49,411 nt of DNA from Verrucomicrobiales bacterium (GTDB lineage: Bacteria > Verrucomicrobiota > Verrucomicrobiia > Limisphaerales > UBA9464), in the NCBI GenBank assembly GCA_040375265.1, contig JBEISV010000002.1:1-49411 (forward strand). Reading direction: 5' to 3'. Below, piece after piece: positions 43,964 through 49,411 of this stretch. The first letter of the stretch is position 1, and every line of letters starts with the position of its first letter. The position numbers were made by a program, and so were the translations under genes. Below the pieces are notes generated by a model. It made no database searches and had not been told where the DNA came from. It saw only the letters and a program-made list of their open reading frames with translations.

Positions 43964-45280
43964 CTACTGGGCCGTGACGAGCACTCGGACGAAGCCGGCT
44001 GCCGCGTCGGAGTCGGGCAGTTCAACAGATTTGACGCTGCCATCGCCTTCGAAAGGGGAGCCCAACGGCGTCCATTGGCCCACAGCGGTTCCAAACTGCG
44101 GCTGGTAGTTGAAGCCTGCCTTTGCCCTAAACGTGAAGGCATCTCTGCCGTTGCTGGCCGTCCCGAATCTTATTTGCGGCCCCTCCCCAGGCAACGCGAG
44201 TCCTGCGATGTAGTTCGTGGGGGAATTTCCAAAAAATGCGGTCCCAATGACGGTCTTGCCATCGTGGCTGAACCCGGTGGGGAAATTGAAAGCAAGGCGC
44301 CCGGTATCGGCACCTCGGATCAATTCCTTCAGCCCGAAAATGGCGCCGTCACGCGTCCAGACCACCATGCGGCTTTCCGTCGGCGGCAGATGGATTTCAC
44401 CGAAGATTAGCCGCCCATCGCCGGAAATCGTGCGGGCGGTTCCTTGGAACCCAAAGAAGCCATCCATCAGCATCGTCAGTTTGACCATTCCCTGAGCTTC
44501 CGTCCAAAGCGCTGGCGTTGACAGCAGTCCACCGTCCCCCGGGAACTGCCAGAAACCCACAAATACCTTGCCGGATCCGTCCATTTGCGTTGGAACGAAA
44601 TCGTTAGGCACGGACAGCCACCTAAATCCACGGGCACCATCCCAAACGAAAGGACGCGGCTCGCCGGGGCCGATTACCGGGTTACGTGCCTGGCCGAAAA
44701 CGATGCTGCCATCGTCTGATACCTTCAACAGCAGGACCTCAACGGCATCCTTCGGTGACACGATCATTTCCCCCTTTATCCCGCTGCCTACGCGGAACCG
44801 CTCAATGGAAAGTCCGCCGTCGTTCGAGCCAAACACCCAGGCGCCGTTAGCGCTGACAGCGTAGGCGTGCTGCAGTGGCAGGGGAGTTTCGAGCTGCCCC
44901 GGCAGCGAAATCAGCACGGCGTGGTTGGGTTTCCCGGGTTTGTTTGCGAGGACAAATGAGCCATCCGAGGGGAGGGAAACCGATTGCCGAGACGGGGCAC
45001 TGGTTCCGACCTTATAGTGGGTTAGCGACGTCCGGATTCCGTCCTGGATCACAAATTCGTCCTGATAGGTTTGGTCGAAACAACTCTGGAGCGCCGTTCG
45101 TCCGTCGCCGGACAAGGCGGTCATGTTGGCGAACAAGGATGGGGCGTTCAGCAGCCCGGTCGTGGACACCAAGGTTAGGAAACTGTCAGAAGGGTCGGAG
45201 ATGACCGCCGCAGAAAGGGTGGAGGTCAGACCGAGGGTGCAAAGTCCGCAGAGAGCGGCAGCGGCTCGCTTTAGGGTCAT
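43964..45280 (-). CDS. secreted repeat protein (HAF-family-like extracellular repeats)
   Basis: Signal peptide MTLKRAAAALCGLCTLGLTSTLSAA. Recurrent S-x-(D/N)G-x-x-(V/I)-(F/I)G motifs include SANGAWVFGS, SDDGSIVFGQ, GSGKVFVGF, SGDGRLIFGE and SHDGKTVIGT. Noticeably lower G+C than its neighbours. Confidence 0.45.
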   Translation of the reverse strand: MTLKRAAAALCGLCTLGLTSTLSAAVISDPSDSFLTLVSTTGLLNAPSLFANMTALSGDGRTALQSCFDQTYQDEFVIQDGIRTSLTHYKVGTSAPSRQSVSLPSDGSFVLANKPGKPNHAVLISLPGQLETPLPLQHAYAVSANGAWVFGSNDGGLSIERFRVGSGIKGEMIVSPKDAVEVLLLKVSDDGSIVFGQARNPVIGPGEPRPFVWDGARGFRWLSVPNDFVPTQMDGSGKVFVGFWQFPGDGGLLSTPALWTEAQGMVKLTMLMDGFFGFQGTARTISGDGRLIFGEIHLPPTESRMVVWTRDGAIFGLKELIRGADTGRLAFNFPTGFSHDGKTVIGTAFFGNSPTNYIAGLALPGEGPQIRFGTASNGRDAFTFRAKAGFNYQPQFGTAVGQWTPLGSPFEGDGSVKSVELPDSDAAAGFVRVLVTAQ

Positions 45281-45437
45281 GTGATTGGTGTGGGCGAAGC
45301 TCTACATCCGCCGGTTCGCCAGCACGGTCGTCCAGTCGGCGGGTCGTTGTCGATACGCCTTTGGTCGTAGGTGGGCGCGGGAAGGATCCGATGAATCGGA
45401 GTCGCGGAGTTCAGCCGTTCCAGTAGACTGCCGACGG

Positions 45438-48400
45438 ATGAATCTTCGGATTTTGGTCCTCATAAATGGACTGATGGCGTGTTTTGCCGTCACCGCCCAA
45501 ATGGTCCCCTTCGTTCTGCCGTGGAACGACGCGGCGCCGGGCGTGACAGATCTTTCCGCCTGGAACCGCCCCATCGACTCCTCGGCGACCGTGGGCGTGG
45601 ATGCCAACGGTCACTTCACCGCCCGGGGCGAACGTATCCGGTTTCTGGGAATGAACTTCGCCGGCGACTCGCCGTTCATGCCCACGAACAAGGCCGATGC
45701 GGTGGCGGCGCGGTTGGCGAAGTTCGGCGTGAACAACGTCCGGTTCCATCACATGGACGCGCCGTGGGCGACCGGCGGCGGTCTGCTGAGCTACACGGTG
45801 AACAGCACCCGCAACGTGAATCCGGCGCAGTTGGAGCGGCTGCATTTCCTCGTTTCCCGCCTCCGGGCGCACGGCGTTTACGCGAACATCAATCTCCTCG
45901 TCGGGCGGGAATACCGCAGCGGCGACGGGCTGGGATCGGAGATCACGCAGGTCACGGACTGGAAGGATCAGCACATCCTCGGCCTGTTTGATGACGCGGC
46001 GCTGGCGTTGCACCAGGAATACGCCACCCGGGTCCTGACCCCGGTGAACCGCTTCACCGGCGTGCCGTTGGCCCGCGATCCGGCGGTCGCTTTCGTCGAG
46101 ATTCTGAACGAAAACGGACTGCTCCAGAAGTGGTTCGACGGTGGTCTCGACAAGCTGCCGGCGCGCTACGCGTGGAGCCTGCAGATGCGTTGGAACGACT
46201 GGCTGTTGGCGCGCTACACCAATGAACCGGCGTTGCTGGCGGCGTGGGGCGTCGTGAACCAGCCGCTCGGGGCCAACACGCTGAAGAATGGCTCCTTCGC
46301 CGGCGGGCTCACGAGCTGGAACCCGGAACAGCACACGACCGCGAAGGCGACCTTCACAAAGACGTCCGAGTTCACCGGCGGCCAGCCTTCCGCCAAGGTG
46401 CAGGTGACCACCATCGGTTCAGCGGGCTGGCACGTGCAGTTGAATCAGGCGGGCCTGAAGACCACCGCGGGCAAACCCTACACGGTTTCGTTCTGGGCGA
46501 AGGCCAGCGCGGCCACCTCGCTCGATGCCGCGGTCGGTCGCGCCTACGGCGATTACGGCGTGGCGGGTTACCAGCAGTCCCTCAACCTGACGACCGAGTG
46601 GCAGCCGTTCACCGCGACCTTCGAGGCGCCGACCACCGATGCGAATCTGCGCGTCAACTTCGGCGGGTTCGGCAACCGGCTCGTCACCGTGTGGCTGGCG
46701 GATGTGCGGTTTCAGGAGGGTGGGCAGTTGGGCCAGCTGCCGAACGGCGCGTCACTGGCCGGCGGGACGATTCCCAACGTTCGCCGGTCCGATGGCTTCA
46801 CCGGCACGACGGGGGCGCGGTGCGATTGGCTCCGGTTCCTCCGCGACCGGGAGGACCGTTACTACGAGGCGATGGTCGCCCACCTGCGCAACTCGGTCGG
46901 CTACACCGGCCTGATTTTCGGCACCATCACCGCCAACAGCCCCGCCAACGTGCAGGCGAAGCTCGATGTCGTGGATGCCCACGCCTACTGGCAGCATCCG
47001 AACTTTCCCGGCACGCCGTGGGACGCGGTGAACTGGACCGTGGAGAACAAGTCGCTGGTGAACACGCTTGGCGGCGACAACACCCTGGGCGCACTGGCGC
47101 TCCAGCGGGTGAAGGGCAAGCCGTTCACCGTCACCGAATACCAGCATCCTTCGCCAAACCAATATTCGGCGGAAGGCCCGCTGCTGCTCGCCGCCTACGG
47201 GGCCATGCAGGATTGGGATGGCCTCTGGATGTTCGATTACGGCCCGGGCAATGATTCCGTCGGCATGGGACGGTTCCGTGGCTTCTTCGACACCGCCCAG
47301 CATCCGACCAAGATGGCAAACGTGCTCTTGGCCGCGAACCTGTTCCGGCGCGGCGACGTGCTCCCGGCCCTTGGCGAAACGGTGATGAAACTCACGCCGG
47401 ACGCGGAGTTGGAGCAGTTGCTGGCCAAAGGCTCGGCGTGGAACGTGTTTTCGGCCGCCCAAGCCGGCGTATCGGGCAAACTGGCGTTGACCCGCCGCGT
47501 TGCTACCAGTGTGGGCACCAACGCCAACGGGCTCGCCATCGCGCCGACCGCGCCCGCCGGCAATGTGCTCACGTCGGATCACGGCGCGCTGCGCTGGGAT
47601 CTGACGACGGCAGGCAAGGGCGTCGTGACGGTCAACACGCCGCAATCGAAGGCGGTGATCGGTTTTGCGGACGGCCGGACGTTCGACCTCGGCGGGGTGG
47701 GCGTGCGCCTGGGGACGACCCAGATGGGTTGGGCGACGGTCGGCGTCTCGTTGGTCCGCGGCGAATCCCTCACGAACGGCACCGCCCTGATCGTCACCAG
47801 TGGTCGTTGTGAAAACACCGGCATGGTGTGGAAGGACGCCACCAAGACGTCCGTCGGCAGCCAGTGGGGTTCCGCACCGACGCTGATTGAGACCGTGCCG
47901 TTCACCGTGACGTTGCCGGTGGCGAGTTCCCGGGTGAAGGCGTGGGTGCTTTCGCCGACCGGCCAGCGCGGTGCCGAATTGCCCGTGTCCGGCGACACGG
48001 TTTCCGCGATCCTCACCGTGACCACGAACGCCGCCAGCCTGTGGTTCGAGCTGGAAGTGGCCCCGAAGAAGACCGCCTTCCAGCTCTGGCGGGACCAACA
48101 CTTCACGCCGGCGGAACTGGCCGATCCCGCCATCAGCGGTGACGTGGCCGCACCCGCCGGGGACGGGGTGGCGAACCTGCTGAAGTTTGCCTACGGGCTG
48201 CCGCCGAAATCCTCGGCCCGCCGCTCGGACCTGCCGTTCGCCGAATTGCTCAACGCCGACGGGCAGACGTTCCTAGCCGTGTCCTTCCTGCGCGCCAAAA
48301 CTGCAACTGAGGTCGCGTTGGTCCCTGAAGTTTCCCTGGACCTGACGGTCTGGACCGCAGGTGAGGTGACGACCGAAGTTCGGCGGGTCGACCTGGGCGC

Positions 48401-48491
48401 GCAGGAGCGCATCCTGCTGCGCGACCGAACGCCGATCAGCACTGCCGCTAGCCGTTATTTGCGGCTGCGGCTGGAACCGGCGGCGAACTGA
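45438..48491 (+). CDS. secreted clan GH-A (GH5-like) glycoside hydrolase with an inserted CBM4/9-like carbohydrate-binding module and a long C-terminal region
   Basis: Signal peptide MNLRILVLINGLMACFAVTA. The TIM-barrel start is RFLGMNFAG...FGVNNVRFHHMD. EILNENG is a candidate acid/base NE motif and FTVTEYQHP a candidate nucleophile. Between them lies a CBM-like block, NGSFAGGLTSWNPE...GWHVQLNQAGLKTTAGKPYTVSFWAKAS. ATG at 45438. Confidence 0.6.
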   Translation: MNLRILVLINGLMACFAVTAQMVPFVLPWNDAAPGVTDLSAWNRPIDSSATVGVDANGHFTARGERIRFLGMNFAGDSPFMPTNKADAVAARLAKFGVNNVRFHHMDAPWATGGGLLSYTVNSTRNVNPAQLERLHFLVSRLRAHGVYANINLLVGREYRSGDGLGSEITQVTDWKDQHILGLFDDAALALHQEYATRVLTPVNRFTGVPLARDPAVAFVEILNENGLLQKWFDGGLDKLPARYAWSLQMRWNDWLLARYTNEPALLAAWGVVNQPLGANTLKNGSFAGGLTSWNPEQHTTAKATFTKTSEFTGGQPSAKVQVTTIGSAGWHVQLNQAGLKTTAGKPYTVSFWAKASAATSLDAAVGRAYGDYGVAGYQQSLNLTTEWQPFTATFEAPTTDANLRVNFGGFGNRLVTVWLADVRFQEGGQLGQLPNGASLAGGTIPNVRRSDGFTGTTGARCDWLRFLRDREDRYYEAMVAHLRNSVGYTGLIFGTITANSPANVQAKLDVVDAHAYWQHPNFPGTPWDAVNWTVENKSLVNTLGGDNTLGALALQRVKGKPFTVTEYQHPSPNQYSAEGPLLLAAYGAMQDWDGLWMFDYGPGNDSVGMGRFRGFFDTAQHPTKMANVLLAANLFRRGDVLPALGETVMKLTPDAELEQLLAKGSAWNVFSAAQAGVSGKLALTRRVATSVGTNANGLAIAPTAPAGNVLTSDHGALRWDLTTAGKGVVTVNTPQSKAVIGFADGRTFDLGGVGVRLGTTQMGWATVGVSLVRGESLTNGTALIVTSGRCENTGMVWKDATKTSVGSQWGSAPTLIETVPFTVTLPVASSRVKAWVLSPTGQRGAELPVSGDTVSAILTVTTNAASLWFELEVAPKKTAFQLWRDQHFTPAELADPAISGDVAAPAGDGVANLLKFAYGLPPKSSARRSDLPFAELLNADGQTFLAVSFLRAKTATEVALVPEVSLDLTVWTAGEVTTEVRRVDLGAQERILLRDRTPISTAASRYLRLRLEPAAN

Positions 48492-48504
48492 ATTCCGGCC
48501 GCGG

Positions 48505-49411
48505 CTATTCGCGCGGCCGAGGCCCAGCGGGGCCACCGGGACCGCCTCCCGGGCCGCCGAATCCGGGCGGCATGGGGAACGCTTTCACCAAACCGTCGCC
48601 GAGCTGTTCCTCGGTAAGTTTGCCGGACTTGGTGGTGTCCCATTCGGTCCACCACTTCTCGGCGAGCGCGGCGAATTCCTTGGCCGTGACCTGGTCGTTC
48701 TTGTCCGCGTCGGCGAGGGTCTTGATCGGCTCGGCGAGGAACATGCCCGGGCCGAAACCGCCGCGAGGACCGCCGGGGCCACGCCCGCCGGGACCACCGG
48801 GACCTCCGCGTTCACCGATCGGCAGGCCTTCCGACTTGCCGGCGAGTTGGGCGGCCACGGACGCGTGCCGCGCCGGGACAAAGCCCTTGATCGGCTTGGG
48901 CGGTTGGCCGAAGCCGAAGCCGCCGCGTCCACCGCCAGGCCCGCGATCGCCGCCCGGGCCACCGGGGCCGGGACCACGGTCACCCCCGCGCGGGGCGCCG
49001 CCACCGAACATCATCATTTCAACGGCTTCGCCCGCGACCACCTTGTCGAAGCGCTCCAACTTCTCCGGCGACTCATCCTTCACGGCGTCGCGGATCACCT
49101 TGGCCACCTCGTCCACCTGTTGCGCAAGGCGTGCGGGTTGAAAGATCGTTCCCTGAAACTCCTTCAGGCGGGCCAGGTAGGCGTCCTTCACCGCGGGCAC
49201 GCCCATGACGCGTTCGAAGAAGCGGTTTTCCCCGGACCAAGGCTTCCTGATGCTCAGTTGCTCACGCTCATCCTGTCCGCCCTGCATGCCGAAGTTGCCG
49301 AACGAGTGGTCGAGATCCCACGGCACGAAATGAAACTTGTCGGTCTTGGGATGCAGGTAAACGACGTAGTTCTGGCCGAGCGTCAGGATCGAATCGAGCG
49401 TGCTGAGCCAG
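48505..49411 (-). CDS. CotH family protein, C-terminal part (gene continues past the window end), with Gly/Pro/Arg-rich segments and an EF-hand-like loop
   Basis: The reverse frame is open to the window edge: ...LGQNYVVYLHPKTDKFHFVPWDLDHSFGNFGM is the CotH catalytic-region motif. It is followed by GGDRGPGPGGPGGDRGPGGGRGGFGFG, GGPGGPGGRGPGGPRGGFGPG and DADKNDQVTAKEF. Confidence 0.7.
   Translation of the reverse strand, partial: WLSTLDSILTLGQNYVVYLHPKTDKFHFVPWDLDHSFGNFGMQGGQDEREQLSIRKPWSGENRFFERVMGVPAVKDAYLARLKEFQGTIFQPARLAQQVDEVAKVIRDAVKDESPEKLERFDKVVAGEAVEMMMFGGGAPRGGDRGPGPGGPGGDRGPGGGRGGFGFGQPPKPIKGFVPARHASVAAQLAGKSEGLPIGERGGPGGPGGRGPGGPRGGFGPGMFLAEPIKTLADADKNDQVTAKEFAALAEKWWTEWDTTKSGKLTEEQLGDGLVKAFPMPPGFGGPGGGPGGPAGPRPRE

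Noticed and set aside
1-49411. Search for tRNA/rRNA genes, transposases, integrases, reverse transcriptases, toxin-antitoxin pairs or known defence-system hallmarks
   Set aside because: Reading all ORFs above 60 aa and the larger intergenic regions, I found none. I cannot run covariance models, so a small ncRNA could have been missed. The largest gaps are 5580-5808, 8650-8803, 20503-20773, 32108-32286 and 45281-45437.

Overview
High-GC (about 65%) bacterial chromosome segment, most likely Verrucomicrobiota or another PVC-superphylum member. The taxon call rests on a prepilin-type H-X9-DG (DUF1559) protein and a PVC-type dehydrogenase/heme-binding CxxCH protein. The content is mostly housekeeping. 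I called 34 protein-coding genes. They include a partial ppdK, a classical nusA-infB-rbfA-nrnA-truB-ribF operon, tatD, xseA, phoH, a HIT protein, glutathione peroxidase, an S46 peptidase, the futalosine-pathway radical SAM enzyme MqnC, and a multi-PAS hybrid histidine kinase. Between them lie large secreted or surface proteins: a 2420-aa cadherin-like/Calx-beta giant, a 946-aa beta-propeller/FN3 protein, a lamin-tail-domain protein, a GH-A glycosidase with a CBM, a HAF-like repeat protein and a CotH-family protein. I found no rRNA, tRNA, CRISPR array, transposase, integrase, reverse transcriptase or recognisable defence-gene cluster. I therefore cannot point to a clear new multi-gene system. 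The most unusual signal is a family of short repeat elements sitting in frame inside three coding positions: a loop of mqnC, the extreme N-terminus of the PVC heme-binding protein, and the middle of that same protein. The elements are a GCGGAAT heptamer tandem repeat that lacks stop codons in all six frames, and GC-rich palindromic units of the type GTAGSRCAGNNTG-S-CANNCTGYSCTAC. This resembles Rickettsia palindromic elements. Many long ORFs in the supplied track are antisense artefacts of the high GC content and were rejected.
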